A stretch of 64,000 nt of DNA from an uncultured delta proteobacterium (GTDB taxonomy: Bacteria; Myxococcota_A; Polyangia; Polyangiales; Polyangiaceae), in NCBI GenBank assembly GCA_963782055.1, contig CAWAIF010000003.1:2272001-2336000 (forward strand), given 5' to 3'. The translations under genes were made by a program, and so were the position numbers. Positions 39,454 through 49,816 of the stretch are shown in pieces. Position 1 is the stretch's first letter, and every line of letters begins with the position of its first letter. Below the pieces are notes generated by a model. The model did no database searches. It was not told where the DNA came from and worked only from the letters and a program-made list of their open reading frames with translations.

Positions 39454-39771
39454 TCATGGGCTGTGTTCGATCGTCACCTTGGTTTTGGGCGAGCGCTTCG
39501 CGAACACGAGCACCCCGTACACCGCCAGCATGCCCAGCGCGAGGCGCAGCGCGAGCGCGTGGCGGTCGACGTGAACGTCGTACGCGGGCGCGCAGAACCC
39601 GTCGGTGTGGGTCGGTCCGCGCGCCGAGGGCCTCAACGTGCGTGTCTCGACCTGCGTGAACAAGAACGACGCGACCAGGGGCAGGACGAGGAACAACCCC
39701 CACACGCGACGCCTCGCGCGAACCACGGTCCGTGTCGTGACCTGCGGCTCGCGGTCTCGGTATGGCAGCAT
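39454..39771 (-). CDS. Small two-TM membrane protein, possibly truncated
   Basis: MLPYR start, two hydrophobic segments; TACCAT 6 nt upstream. Confidence 0.6.
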   Translation of the reverse strand: MLPYRDREPQVTTRTVVRARRRVWGLFLVLPLVASFLFTQVETRTLRPSARGPTHTDGFCAPAYDVHVDRHALALRLALGMLAVYGVLVFAKRSPKTKVTIEHSP

Positions 39772-39932
39772 CGGCCGATGGTAACGTAAAGGACATGCGA
39801 GCGAGCGTCCGTACCGCCTTCGTGCAGGACACCTCCGCCGCGATCGGCCTGGAGGCCCCTCCAGACTCCGCCCGCCGGGAAGATGGCTGATCGAGCGCGG
39901 TCGGGCGCCGTGCTTTGCTGTAGATTTCCTGC

Positions 39933-41162
39933 ATGCGCAAGAGTCCCCGGGAGCCCGCACGCACGCGTCGGTCCGCGACGCGCGGTCTCGTCGCCGCCGT
40001 GACCGTGGGCGCCGCGGCCGTCCTCCTGTACGCGGTGGGTTGCGGCGGCGACGACGTCGAGCAGGCGGTCGACGCGGGTCCGGAGGGCTCCTTCGACGCG
40101 CAGGGTTTGGACGTCGCGGTCGACGCGCCGGTGGACGGCGAGGACGCCGGCGCGGTGGACGCCGGTCCGGGGGACGCCTCGGACGCCTCGGACGGCGCGG
40201 CCTCGCCGCCTGCGAGCTGCACGCCTGGCGGCCCCGGAATGACCAACTGCGGCGCGGGCGGCGACGGCGGCGGCAACGAGAGCTGCTGCGCGAGCCTGCC
40301 GGTGACGGGCGGCACGTTCGACCGCACGTACACGAACGACGGCAGCGGCGCGACGGGCAAGGGTGACCCGGCGACGGTGTCGAGCTTCCGGCTGGACAAG
40401 TACGACGTGACCGTCGGCCGCTTCCGCCAGTTCGTGGCGGCGTGGGACGGCGGAAGTGGCTGGCTGCCGCCGGCCGGCTCGGGCAAGCACACACACCTGA
40501 ACGGCGGGAAGGGTCTCGAGAACGGCGCCGTGTCCGGCACCTACGAGGCTGGCTGGGACGTCGCCGACGACGCCAAGGTGCAACCCACGACGAACAACCT
40601 CTCGTGCGACTCGAAGTACCCGGTGTGGACCGACACGCCCGGTGCCAACGAGAACCTCCCGATGACGTGCATGAACTGGTACGAGGCGTACGCCTTCTGC
40701 ATCTGGGACGGCGGCTTCTTGCCGAGCGCGACGGAGTGGGAGTACGCCGCCGCCGGCGGCAGCGATCTCCGGCAGTACCCGTGGGGAAACGCCGCGCTCG
40801 GCACGACGTGTCCGGGCGCGGGCTGCTCGTACGCCATCTACGGTTGCTACTACCCGAACGGGTCGGGCGCGTGCACGAGCGCGGCCAACATCGCGAACGT
40901 CGGCACGGCCGCGCAGGGCGCGGGAGCCTGGGGGCAGCTCGACCTCGCCGGCAACGTGTGGGAGTGGAACCTGGACTGGTACGCCACCTCGTACCAGAAC
41001 CCTTGCACGGACTGCGCGGACCTCACCCCCGACATCTACCGCGCCGCCCGCGGCGGCTACTTCGGCGGCGGCGTGTCCTACCTGTTGCCGACCAATCTCA
41101 GCGGCGATGACCCGACCGGGCGCGGCGACGGGGTCGGCCTGCGTTGCGCGAGGGCGCCGTAA
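39933..41162 (+). CDS. FGE-sulfatase domain lipoprotein
   Basis: AVGC lipobox; FRLDKYDVT, LPSATEWEYAAAGG, DLAGNVWEW, GLRCAR. Confidence 0.92.
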   Translation: MRKSPREPARTRRSATRGLVAAVTVGAAAVLLYAVGCGGDDVEQAVDAGPEGSFDAQGLDVAVDAPVDGEDAGAVDAGPGDASDASDGAASPPASCTPGGPGMTNCGAGGDGGGNESCCASLPVTGGTFDRTYTNDGSGATGKGDPATVSSFRLDKYDVTVGRFRQFVAAWDGGSGWLPPAGSGKHTHLNGGKGLENGAVSGTYEAGWDVADDAKVQPTTNNLSCDSKYPVWTDTPGANENLPMTCMNWYEAYAFCIWDGGFLPSATEWEYAAAGGSDLRQYPWGNAALGTTCPGAGCSYAIYGCYYPNGSGACTSAANIANVGTAAQGAGAWGQLDLAGNVWEWNLDWYATSYQNPCTDCADLTPDIYRAARGGYFGGGVSYLLPTNLSGDDPTGRGDGVGLRCARAP

Positions 41163-41189
41163 AAGGAACCGAATCCCCCCGTCCTCCAC

Positions 41190-41519
41190 GTGAAAGACCA
41201 AGCCGCGGCGGCGAAGTTCTACGGCGGTCTCTTCGGGTGGACCGGCAAGGTCGGCGAAGGCGACCCGATGAAGTACTGGCACTGGATGAACGCCGGCAAG
41301 GACATCGGCGGAATGCTCACCCTCGAGCAGCCAAACGTGCCGTCGTACTGGCTCGGTTACGTCGGCGCGTCGGACGTCGAAGGCTCGACGAAGAAGACGG
41401 TGGAGCTCGGCGGCAAGGTCCTCATGGACACGATGGACATTCCGAAGGTCGGCAAGTTCTCGATCGTCCAGGACCCGACCGGGGCCGTGTTCGCGCTGTT
41501 CCGCTCGGCGAATCTCTGA
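41190..41519 (+). CDS. VOC/glyoxalase family protein, probably 5'-truncated
   Basis: AAKFYGGLFGW, WLGYV, QDPTGAVFAL; first beta strand appears missing. Confidence 0.75.
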   Translation: MKDQAAAAKFYGGLFGWTGKVGEGDPMKYWHWMNAGKDIGGMLTLEQPNVPSYWLGYVGASDVEGSTKKTVELGGKVLMDTMDIPKVGKFSIVQDPTGAVFALFRSANL

Positions 41520-41751
41520 CGCGAAGAGCCCGCCGGCACTCGCCGCTGGACCAACGCACCAGGCCGACGGAAGTGTCCTCGCCACCGCCTGGTTCGGCTG
41601 CCTGCTGGCGCGACCATGGCGGCTCAGGCGCGGTCACGCCGCCAGCGGCGCCCCGGGGGCAGGCGTCGCGTGGAAGGCCGCGCTCGAGTGACGTACGCTC
41701 TCGTCGCAGGGGTAGGAGCCGAGACGCTTCCTCCCCAGGGTGGAGAGTGAC

Positions 41752-42480
41752 ATGGCATGGGCAGTCAACGAGGTGCTGGAGTCATTCGACCGAGCAACTC
41801 GCAACCTCGGAGCGGACTTCTCTGCCGACCTCGCCCCAGCGCGCGAGAAGCTGGCCAGGCTGCTCCGCTCCTCGTCCCTCGGACCGGCCGAGCTGCTGGG
41901 ACACTTCGTGGAAGAGGATCCCAATTCGCTGCTGCTCGCGTCGTTGACGCTCGCCGATTGCCTTCCCCACGACGGAAAGGTGTGGCGGAGCGAGCTCATC
42001 GAGCTGCTCGCGGGCGATCTCGTCACGCGAGAGGACGTGGATTGCACCTCTCGACATCTCTGTGTTCTCGGGGACCTGCACACCTCGGGAAAGATCGAGG
42101 TGGGAGGCATGGATCCCCTGGGTTCTCTGGCCGTCGCCGGATCGGTCCGTGCCTCGTCTCTCTTCAGCGATGGCGTGATCGTCGTGAGAGGAGACGTGTC
42201 GGCCAAGTTCATCCAGCTCGAACACAACGATGGGACGCTTCGAACGCTCCGGGTGCTCGACGCCGATCTCCTGATCGCGACGCATGAACACTACTTCTAT
42301 GCCTCGGAGGAGAGCGTTCGTCACAGCTTCGACTCCGACGCCATGCAGGAAGAGGCGGCGCGCGGCTATCCAGCCCTGACCGCCCTTCTCGTGGACGAAT
42401 GTCAATCGGCCAAAGGCCCGGACCTGCAGGCCATCCATCGTCATTGCCGGGCGAACCTGCCGTTTCTGCGGGACACCTGA
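41752..42480 (+). CDS. Hypothetical protein with bactofilin-like beta-helix repeats
   Basis: LCVLGDL, LAVAGSVRA, IVVRGDVSA repeats. Confidence 0.65.
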   Translation: MAWAVNEVLESFDRATRNLGADFSADLAPAREKLARLLRSSSLGPAELLGHFVEEDPNSLLLASLTLADCLPHDGKVWRSELIELLAGDLVTREDVDCTSRHLCVLGDLHTSGKIEVGGMDPLGSLAVAGSVRASSLFSDGVIVVRGDVSAKFIQLEHNDGTLRTLRVLDADLLIATHEHYFYASEESVRHSFDSDAMQEEAARGYPALTALLVDECQSAKGPDLQAIHRHCRANLPFLRDT

Positions 42481-42565
42481 GCGCGCCGGTCAGGCGTCGG
42501 GAGGTCAGCACCCGCGGCGTCGCGAGCGAGCTCACCAGGTCCGCGCGAGCGTCGGCTGTCGCGAC

Positions 42566-43057
42566 TCAGCGCGGGGGGACGGCGGTTCCGGCGCGACCCG
42601 GCGCGAGCACCCGGATCGTGACGCGTAGCTGCCCGTCGACGACCGAGCAATTCGTCCCGAACGCGAAGCATGCGCAGCTCGGGTGGGCGCAGGCAGGGAG
42701 CTTCCTGCAGGAGTGCCGGGCGAACCCCGAGGGCCCTGTCGCGCGCTGCACGCCGCCGCTGTGTTCGACAATCTCGCAGTACTCGTCGGCGCGACACCGC
42801 CCGCACGGCCCCTTGCGCGCGACGGCGGCGTCCGCGACGGCGCCCGCGTCGGCATCGCCCCCGGCGTCGGCGGCGGCGTCGGGGGCGACGTCGGCGGCGG
42901 ACGCGTCCATCTTCGCGTCAGCGGCGGCGTCGCTCGCCGTCTCGCTGGCGGTCGGTGCGGCGTCGGGGACCCCCGAAGCCCGATGGCACCCGCCGGCGAG
43001 AAGGAGCGCAGCCGCCACCGACCCTCGAAGCACGCGGCGTGAATGGCTCGTCTCCAT
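42566..43057 (-). CDS. Cys-rich lipoprotein
   Basis: LAGGC lipobox; DA-rich linker; Cys cluster. Confidence 0.8.
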   Translation of the reverse strand: METSHSRRVLRGSVAAALLLAGGCHRASGVPDAAPTASETASDAAADAKMDASAADVAPDAAADAGGDADAGAVADAAVARKGPCGRCRADEYCEIVEHSGGVQRATGPSGFARHSCRKLPACAHPSCACFAFGTNCSVVDGQLRVTIRVLAPGRAGTAVPPR

Positions 43058-43165
43058 GGCGCCGGAGCGTACCCGAACGCCCCGCCGACGGAAACGCGCT
43101 CGCCGACGCGCCCCGCGCTGCGCGCGAGGTGTGCGGCCGCTCCTGCAGGGCGTCGGGCCTTGACG

Positions 43166-44566
43166 ATGTCATCACGCTCGTCGAGGCTGCGCAGCCCTCC
43201 CGTGGTTTCCCTGCTCACACGACGAGACGGCGTGGCGTGGGCCGCGCTGGGTGCGGCGCCGTGGCTGCTCGTGACACGCGGGCCGTACCAGTTCGACGAC
43301 CTCGTCACGCCAGTAAGCGATCCCGCGAGCCAGTCGCTCGGCGCGTGGGGGCACCACCTCGGGCACACGCTGCGTCCCCTGGCGAAGCTCACGTTCGCGA
43401 TCGAGGCGAGCGCAGGGCTCGGCGGGATGCCGTGGGCGCGCCGCGTCGTGTCCATCGCGCTGCTCGCGGTCGGCGCCTGGCTTCTGGCGCGGCTGCTCGC
43501 GCGGCTCGGTGCGCGACTGGACGTCGCGATCGTTCTCGCCTGGATCTGGGCGGCCCACCCGGTGCAAGCCGAGTGCGTGCTCGCCCTCGCGGGCCGGCCG
43601 CTGCTCCTCGCGAACGTGTTGGGGCTAGGCGCGCTCCTCGCAGCGGCGAACCGGCGCGCGCGGCGCGCAGGCGTCCTGCTCGCGCTCGCGACGCTCTCGC
43701 GCGAGACGTCGGTCGCGCTCGCGCTTCCCGTCGGCGCGCTCCTCCTCGACTCGCCGGCCCCGCTCGGCGGGCGCGTTCGTGCGGCGCTCCGGACGCTCGA
43801 GCCTGTCGCGAGCGTGGTCGTCGTGACGATCGCGTGGCTCCTGGTCCAGCCGCGCTACCGTGAGCTCGCCGATTACTCCTTTCACGGGCGCCCGTGGGGT
43901 ACGAGCGTGATCGCGCAGATCGCCGCGTTGCCGATCGGACAGACGCTCTACATCCGACCGTGGGCGCTCACGGTGGACCACGGTGAAGCCCTTCCGAGCG
44001 CGCCCGATGCGCTCTTTGCGTGCGGGCTCGGTCTCTACGTCGCGGCGGCGATCGTCTTCGTCGTCGCCTGGCGCGCGCGACGGCGCGCACTCGCCGCGGG
44101 CGCGGCGACGTGGCTCGCCGCGCTGGCTCCGACGCAGAGCATCGTGCCGAAGCTCGATGCCCTCACCGAGAGGCCGCTCTCACTCGCGCTCGCCGCGCTG
44201 CTCGTCGTCGCGGTCGGCGCGCGGCCCTTGCGGCGCGCGTGGGGCGTGTCTCGAGGGCGACGCGGGGGTAGCGCGCCTGTCTTCGCCATGGTCGTCGTCG
44301 CGCTGCTCGCGAGCGCCGCGACGTACGAGCGCGGCAGCCTCTACTCGTCCGAGGAGGCGCTCTGGCGCGACGCCGCCTCGAAGTCGGTCGCGAACGCGCG
44401 CCCGCACTACAATCTCGCAAAGGTGCTGGAGGAGCAGGGGCGCTACGCCGCGGCGCTCGTGGAGGCGCGCGCCGCGGCGCGCATCGACCCGTACGACGGC
44501 CACGCCGCCGCGCTCGCCGAAATCCTTCGCGCTCGCGAACATCCGGACCTACAGTCGCCGCGATGA
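43166..44566 (+). CDS. TMTC-like GT-C membrane glycosyltransferase with C-terminal TPR
   Basis: QFDD, RPL, AAHPVQAECV..LAGR, ERPL, ALWRD, ARPHYNLA; many TM segments. Confidence 0.75.
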   Translation: MSSRSSRLRSPPVVSLLTRRDGVAWAALGAAPWLLVTRGPYQFDDLVTPVSDPASQSLGAWGHHLGHTLRPLAKLTFAIEASAGLGGMPWARRVVSIALLAVGAWLLARLLARLGARLDVAIVLAWIWAAHPVQAECVLALAGRPLLLANVLGLGALLAAANRRARRAGVLLALATLSRETSVALALPVGALLLDSPAPLGGRVRAALRTLEPVASVVVVTIAWLLVQPRYRELADYSFHGRPWGTSVIAQIAALPIGQTLYIRPWALTVDHGEALPSAPDALFACGLGLYVAAAIVFVVAWRARRRALAAGAATWLAALAPTQSIVPKLDALTERPLSLALAALLVVAVGARPLRRAWGVSRGRRGGSAPVFAMVVVALLASAATYERGSLYSSEEALWRDAASKSVANARPHYNLAKVLEEQGRYAAALVEARAAARIDPYDGHAAALAEILRAREHPDLQSPR

Positions 44567-45312
44567 CCTCATCGCTCGTTCAGCGGCTCGTGGTCGCGGT
44601 CGTTGCGGGCGCGTCGATCCTCACGGCACCGACCTTCGGGCGTACGACGCCGCAGGAGATCGCGAACGAGAAGCCCTGCCTTCCGCCGCCCAACTGCCAG
44701 ACCCCGAAGCAGTGCTGCGCCTTCAAGCACGACAGCCTCCTCCGCTTCGAGATGGCCAACGCGCGCGCGATGCGCGACTGGTTCGGCGATCAGTGCAACG
44801 GGGTGAAGTACCCGACCGGCCACGACCTCTCGGTGGCTGCGGACGCAGCCGCGAAGGCGACGACGGCGGCGATGGCGCTCGCGACGGGCGTGACAGCCGC
44901 CGATCAGGCGATGCACAACAAAGCCGTGAACGACTTGAAGCATCGAGACCCGACGACTGACCCGGAGTGGTGCGACACGAAATTCCCGCCCGGCTTCGAC
45001 CGTCTGGACGTCTGCAAGGAGATCCTCGACGCCGAGAGAGTGCACGAGAGCGAGCACCGAGACTTCTGCGAGGCGATGAGGACGCCTGCCATGAGGTCGG
45101 CGTATGGCTCGGTGTTCAGCACCCAGGCGCAGGCCGAGGACGAACGGCGCGGTCACGCCATCCAGTATCTGAACCTGGTCCAGAAGTACGAGAAGGCGCG
45201 GCGCCGCTGTCTGTCGAGCAAGCAGCTGCTCACGCCGGAGCTGGAGAGGAAATCGAAGCAGTCGGTCCGGCGGGCGTACCACTCGTATTTGCACGGGAGC
45301 CGCTGCGAGTGA
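44563..45312 (+). CDS. Secreted Cys-containing protein with HExxH motif
   Basis: ATGA overlap; signal peptide; HESEH and a downstream Glu. Confidence 0.75.
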   Translation: MTSSLVQRLVVAVVAGASILTAPTFGRTTPQEIANEKPCLPPPNCQTPKQCCAFKHDSLLRFEMANARAMRDWFGDQCNGVKYPTGHDLSVAADAAAKATTAAMALATGVTAADQAMHNKAVNDLKHRDPTTDPEWCDTKFPPGFDRLDVCKEILDAERVHESEHRDFCEAMRTPAMRSAYGSVFSTQAQAEDERRGHAIQYLNLVQKYEKARRRCLSSKQLLTPELERKSKQSVRRAYHSYLHGSRCE

Positions 45313-46466
45313 GGCGCGCGCTCCTGCGCGTGGTGGCGCGGCCGTTCTCCTGGTCGCTCTTCGCGCTCGGCGCGGCGGTGATGCACGTCGCGTGCGGCGG
45401 GGGAGCCGGTGCGACGTCCAGCACCCCGAGAGTGCCGACGATGGCGCCCCCCGGCGCGACCGCTGTCACGCCCGGCGCGGACGCGAGCGCCGCCCCCGCG
45501 GCCCCGCGCGCGACGGACGACGACGCCGCATGGACGGCTGCCTTCGACCAGGTGTCGTGTCACGGGAGCGACCTCCAGCAGTGCGGGGCGCACGCCGTCG
45601 ATGTCGTCGACGCCTACGGCTCGCTCGTCACCGTCGAGGACACCCGCGATCGGCGCTCTGTCCCGATCGGGATCGAGGCGATCCACGGCGACGACGCCGA
45701 GCTCGTCGTCGAGGGCCTCCGCATCGTCGGGGCCTTTCCCCGCGAGCCCGGGGTGTACGAAGCCGTCCTCCCTCGCCTCGACGACCCGCGCCCGGTCGTG
45801 CAGCGCCTCGCGGCCAGCATCCTTTCGGACACCGAGCGGGGTGCGGAGCTCGCCAGGCAGTACCAGAAGGGCCACGAAGGGTCGCTCGATGGCGTGACCC
45901 CCGACACCCACGACCCGGTCCGTTCGCCGGCGACGTGGGGGTTTCCCGTGCTCACGCACGCGACGCCATACCCGCCGGGCGATGGTCCCACGTCGCTCGG
46001 CTACGCAACGACGGCGACCGTGGAGCAGGTCGCGTCGTTCTACGCGCAGCAGCCCGGCGCCAAGCGGATGACCCCGACGGATTACGAGCATCTGCGCTCG
46101 CAGGCCGTCAGCGCCGCGGCGCAACCGCCGGAGATGGCAGAGCTCAAGAAGCTCGAGAAGCAGCTCACCCAGACCGTTCAGGCCGGCCACCCCCCCGATC
46201 CGGCGGTTATCGAGAAGATGCGAGAGCTCTCCGCGAAGGCAACTCAGCGAGTGATGACGGAGAAGGACGTGACGCCCTACCCCGGCGACTCCGTCCTCGC
46301 GGCCGGGCAGTTCGTCGTCCTCACGATGGATCAGAACGTCCCCCGCCGCTGGGTGGCCGTGTACCAGGAGCCCGCGTACCATCGGACGATCGCGATCCTC
46401 GCGTGGTCGAGGGCGATCAGCCCCGCGCCGATGCCCGGACCGATCGTGCTCCACGGCTGGGACTGA
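45309..46466 (+). CDS. Lipoprotein with HEAT-like segment
   Basis: GTGA overlap; HVAC lipobox; LDDPRPVVQRLAA. Confidence 0.75.
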   Translation: MRRALLRVVARPFSWSLFALGAAVMHVACGGGAGATSSTPRVPTMAPPGATAVTPGADASAAPAAPRATDDDAAWTAAFDQVSCHGSDLQQCGAHAVDVVDAYGSLVTVEDTRDRRSVPIGIEAIHGDDAELVVEGLRIVGAFPREPGVYEAVLPRLDDPRPVVQRLAASILSDTERGAELARQYQKGHEGSLDGVTPDTHDPVRSPATWGFPVLTHATPYPPGDGPTSLGYATTATVEQVASFYAQQPGAKRMTPTDYEHLRSQAVSAAAQPPEMAELKKLEKQLTQTVQAGHPPDPAVIEKMRELSAKATQRVMTEKDVTPYPGDSVLAAGQFVVLTMDQNVPRRWVAVYQEPAYHRTIAILAWSRAISPAPMPGPIVLHGWD

Positions 46467-46560
46467 TGAGCGACACCGCCAGCCGCAGTGCACGGCCTCT
46501 CCGTGCGTCCGGGCGATCCTGACCCGGATGCCCCCCTCGAGGTTGGGTCTGGTGGGGCGC

Positions 46561-47106
46561 TCATGGGTCGAGCAGCGACTCGAACCGCCGGAACTCGTCG
46601 CGCATCGCCGCGCCCAGCTCGGAGATGCGCTTCCACCTGGGGCTCTCCCGCAGCTCGGCGCGGAGCTCCAGACACACGTAGCGGACGCAGATGTTCGGCC
46701 TCTGCTCGGGCGAGAGTGAGCACCCGGTCGCGCCTCGGAAGGCGCACCCCGCGTGGTCGTCACGCGGGGGTCGCAGATCGCGCGGGGCGACGCCCGCGAG
46801 CTTGAGCGACGCCACCTCGGTTTGCGTGAACAGATCGAGCGTGCGGCTCCCGCAGCACGCGCCGCCCTCCCAGTGGCCCTGCGGCTCCGGACGGCGCCGG
46901 CCACAGCCCCGGCACGCCTCGACGTCGGAGAACGCCTGCGACATCGCGACGCGCAGCTCACGGAGGCGCGCCGCGCTCGCCACGGCTTCGGCCCCCGCCG
47001 CGCGCGCGCCCGGCTGTCCGCGAAACCGCGCGCGGAGTGTCGAGAGCTCGGCAGCTCGCGAGCCCGGCGGGGCCCGGCGGAGGAGGCGCTCGATCGGCAG
47101 GAGCAT
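46561..47106 (-). CDS. YkgJ-like cysteine-cluster protein
   Basis: CRGC...CC...CAF...GCSL...RPNICVRYVC. Confidence 0.75.
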   Translation of the reverse strand: MLLPIERLLRRAPPGSRAAELSTLRARFRGQPGARAAGAEAVASAARLRELRVAMSQAFSDVEACRGCGRRRPEPQGHWEGGACCGSRTLDLFTQTEVASLKLAGVAPRDLRPPRDDHAGCAFRGATGCSLSPEQRPNICVRYVCLELRAELRESPRWKRISELGAAMRDEFRRFESLLDP

Positions 47107-47215
47107 GCCCGGATTGTCGCGCGAGGGGGCGCCGCACGCAATCGTCCACGCCCAGGCCAGACCGCTCCCGCCCCCGATGCGCACCGGCGTCGAGCTCCGC
47201 ATGAGCCGCCTCCGC

Positions 47216-48016
47216 TCAGGTCTCCTCGCGCAACAGGACGCCGCAGATCCGCGCCACGATCGCGAAGGCGAAGACGGACACGATCTGGCCGAGCGCCGCG
47301 GCGGCGACGCCGTCGCCCAGGATGCCGCGGGCGACGAAGGACGAACCGAGCCACAGCGCCGCCGCTGGCGTGAGACAGAGGACGGCCGTCAAGTATGGCA
47401 CCGGGATCGCGAGGATGACGCGGTAGGCGAGCAGCGGGTCGAGGATCGTCGCCCCCGACTGGGACGCGGCGATCAGCCCTGCGGGGAAGTAAAGGTATGC
47501 GAGCAGCAGCGCGCCCAGCGACACCTCCGCCGGCCAGCCGAGCGCCCACGCGACGACGGCCGGTGCGAGGCAGAACCCGACGAGGAAGAGGTACCGGACG
47601 ACGACCGCCGCCGCTTCCCCGCGATCGGCGATGGACGAGTCGACGCTGATCTCGTCCTCGCCCGCGGCGGTCGATCGCACGATGGCGAACATGATCGCGA
47701 AGAGCGTCCCGTACGACACGAGCACCGCCAGGACCGCATAGACGACGCCGAGAAACCCCGAGACCAGTGCCAGCACGACGGCGATCGGGAGGAGCAGCGC
47801 GAGCGACCGCGGGTGGAGCGGAAAGCCGTACGCGAGCAGCATCTCGAGGGCGAGCGGCCGCGACACGCGCGACTGCGCCATGCTCGTCTCCTTACGCACC
47901 GGATCGCCGCACGCGGCGCAGGTCTGCATGCCGCCCGTCGCGCCGACCTGGAGGCGCTTCGTCTCCGCCCAGGCCAAGGACCGGTTGCAGCGCGGGCAGT
48001 AGTAGGTGTCTTCCAC
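47216..48016 (-). CDS. Zinc-ribbon membrane protein
   Basis: CPRC...CAAC then multiple TM segments. Confidence 0.8.
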   Translation of the reverse strand: MEDTYYCPRCNRSLAWAETKRLQVGATGGMQTCAACGDPVRKETSMAQSRVSRPLALEMLLAYGFPLHPRSLALLLPIAVVLALVSGFLGVVYAVLAVLVSYGTLFAIMFAIVRSTAAGEDEISVDSSIADRGEAAAVVVRYLFLVGFCLAPAVVAWALGWPAEVSLGALLLAYLYFPAGLIAASQSGATILDPLLAYRVILAIPVPYLTAVLCLTPAAALWLGSSFVARGILGDGVAAAALGQIVSVFAFAIVARICGVLLREET

Positions 48017-48052
48017 GGCAGTCCGTCTCGATGGAACGGGGCCCCCAGGCGC

Positions 48053-48799
48053 CTATTCGCGGTGTGAGGCCACGAATCCGTACTTCTCGACGAGAAGGCG
48101 CGTGTAGCCCTGCACGTGCGCGCGCCCCATCACGACGACCGCGGCGCCTTCGCGTCGATGATCGGCGAGCATCTGCACGGTGCCGGCGGCCATGAGCTCG
48201 TCCCGAAGCGTGAGGATGCCCATCAGGGGGTGGATCATCCAGCTCCACGAGAACCGGCGAAGGAGGATCGCCGGCACGAGCAAGATCAGGTGCGCCTGAA
48301 GGGCGAGGACCGCCATCGTGATGATGGCGGCGAGAGCGGGTGACACCGGCGCGATCAGCGGCAAGAAGAGGCCGAGGAACGCGACGATGAAGAAGATGGT
48401 CATGTAGAGCGACGTCACGTGCAGGCCGAAGGGCACCTGCCGGGTTCGCTCCAGCTCCACCGTGTAGCCCGACGGGAGCTGCTTCGCCTCCGTGATCGTA
48501 CTGTCCTTGATCGCCCCGAGCGAGACGAAGCGCAGGAGGAGCCGTGGCGCGTGGACGAGGACGCCGAGCGTCCGGCCGAGGAAGATCTGCTTGCGCTGGA
48601 ACGTCTCGACGCCGCGCAGCTCGAAGGCCGCGACGACGGCGCGTCCGATCTCCGCCGCCTCCGCGAGCTTGAGGTGCGCCTCGCCGAGGATCGCGACGGT
48701 GCGTCCATCAGGGGCGCGCACGAGACGGACCGCGTAGCTGAGGTTCTTCTCGCGGGCGCGCTGGAGCGCCTCACGCGCGCGATCGGGCAGGTCGTCCAC
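48053..48799 (-). CDS. Membrane protein with TraB/GumN-like motifs
   Basis: ILGEAH, RDELMA, VVVMGRAHVQG with an inserted TM hairpin. Confidence 0.65.
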   Translation of the reverse strand: MDDLPDRAREALQRAREKNLSYAVRLVRAPDGRTVAILGEAHLKLAEAAEIGRAVVAAFELRGVETFQRKQIFLGRTLGVLVHAPRLLLRFVSLGAIKDSTITEAKQLPSGYTVELERTRQVPFGLHVTSLYMTIFFIVAFLGLFLPLIAPVSPALAAIITMAVLALQAHLILLVPAILLRRFSWSWMIHPLMGILTLRDELMAAGTVQMLADHRREGAAVVVMGRAHVQGYTRLLVEKYGFVASHRE

Positions 48800-48902
48800 G
48801 CCGGGCAGCCTAGCAGTCGCGAGCCGGGGCGCTACAGCCCCCGTGTCCCTTCGGGCCGGAGCGGGACGGTCGGTGATCCCGCGGAGCGACGAGCACGCCG
48901 AC

Positions 48903-49532
48903 TCAGCCCCCGTCGCACATGGGGAAGACGAACTTCCAGAGACCGTCCTTGCACTGCTCCTCGATGTTGTTCACGCCCTTGCCGCACGACGCGTAGTCGC
49001 AGACCTGGCCGTCCTGCGCGCAGGGGACGCCGAGGTGAGGGCGCGGGGAGGGGCAGCCGGAGGGAGGGTCGTCGCAGGTCCAGACCGGGCCGCCGTCGGC
49101 GGTCGTACCGCCCTTGGTGTTGCACGAGCACGTGGCATCGGAGAAGAAGCAGTTCAGCGGCGACGAACAGGCGCCGCCGTGGGGGATGTCCGCGCTCGTC
49201 TGGGGGCACGACGTGTTGTTCGGCGCGCAGACATTGCTGACGGGTGGCGCGACGCTCCATCCCTGCGTGGTGCAGGTCGCCGTGCTGTTGCAATAGGTCC
49301 AGTCAAAGTCGCCGTACTCGCACTGAAGGGCCAAGGAAGTGCAGGGCGTCCCATCGCCGGGCATGGTGGTCGGACAGCCCGCGGACGCGTCCTGACCGGC
49401 TTCGGTCGGTCCACCGCCGTCGGAGTCGGCGTGGCCCGCGTCGGCGGAGGGCGAGGGGCCTTCGTCGCCGCAGCCCGCGGCGATGAAGGACGCGCACGAA
49501 AGCGCGACCAAGAGAAGGGGACGTGAGAGCAT
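48903..49532 (-). CDS. Cys-rich repeat lipoprotein
   Basis: AAGC lipobox; three CP...GxxC...C repeats. Confidence 0.88.
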   Translation of the reverse strand: MLSRPLLLVALSCASFIAAGCGDEGPSPSADAGHADSDGGGPTEAGQDASAGCPTTMPGDGTPCTSLALQCEYGDFDWTYCNSTATCTTQGWSVAPPVSNVCAPNNTSCPQTSADIPHGGACSSPLNCFFSDATCSCNTKGGTTADGGPVWTCDDPPSGCPSPRPHLGVPCAQDGQVCDYASCGKGVNNIEEQCKDGLWKFVFPMCDGG

Positions 49533-49559
49533 CCCATGAGTCTATCCCATTCGGGATAC

Positions 49560-49750
49560 GCCACAACCGGTGGCCGCCAGCCCCTTCGTGCGCTGGTGCG
49601 CGGTGAACGCGACTGTCCTTGCCAGGCAAAGGGAGCGCGCCGCAACCGATGGCCACGCAGCCCTTCGGGAGTACGGCAACGACCGCACGCAGCTCGCGTT
49701 CGCCCAGGGCGACGTCGTCGATCGCGACGCGGTGATCAAGCAACGATGCA
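49560..49750 (-). pseudogene. Possible degraded IS91-transposase fragment
   Basis: LLDHRV...DVAL / RSLPYSRR...AHQRTK across broken frames. Confidence 0.35.
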
Positions 49751-49816
49751 CCGGCGTCCGCGGCGCTCGCGCTCGACGCGGGCGCGGAACGCGAGCCCGA
49801 GCTCGTTCCCGGCCTC

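Noticed and set aside
789..41162. DGR or retron (RT plus FGE C-type-lectin-fold genes)
   Set aside because: The RT sits inside a complete group II intron, and I saw no template/variable repeat pair at the 3' ends of the FGE genes.
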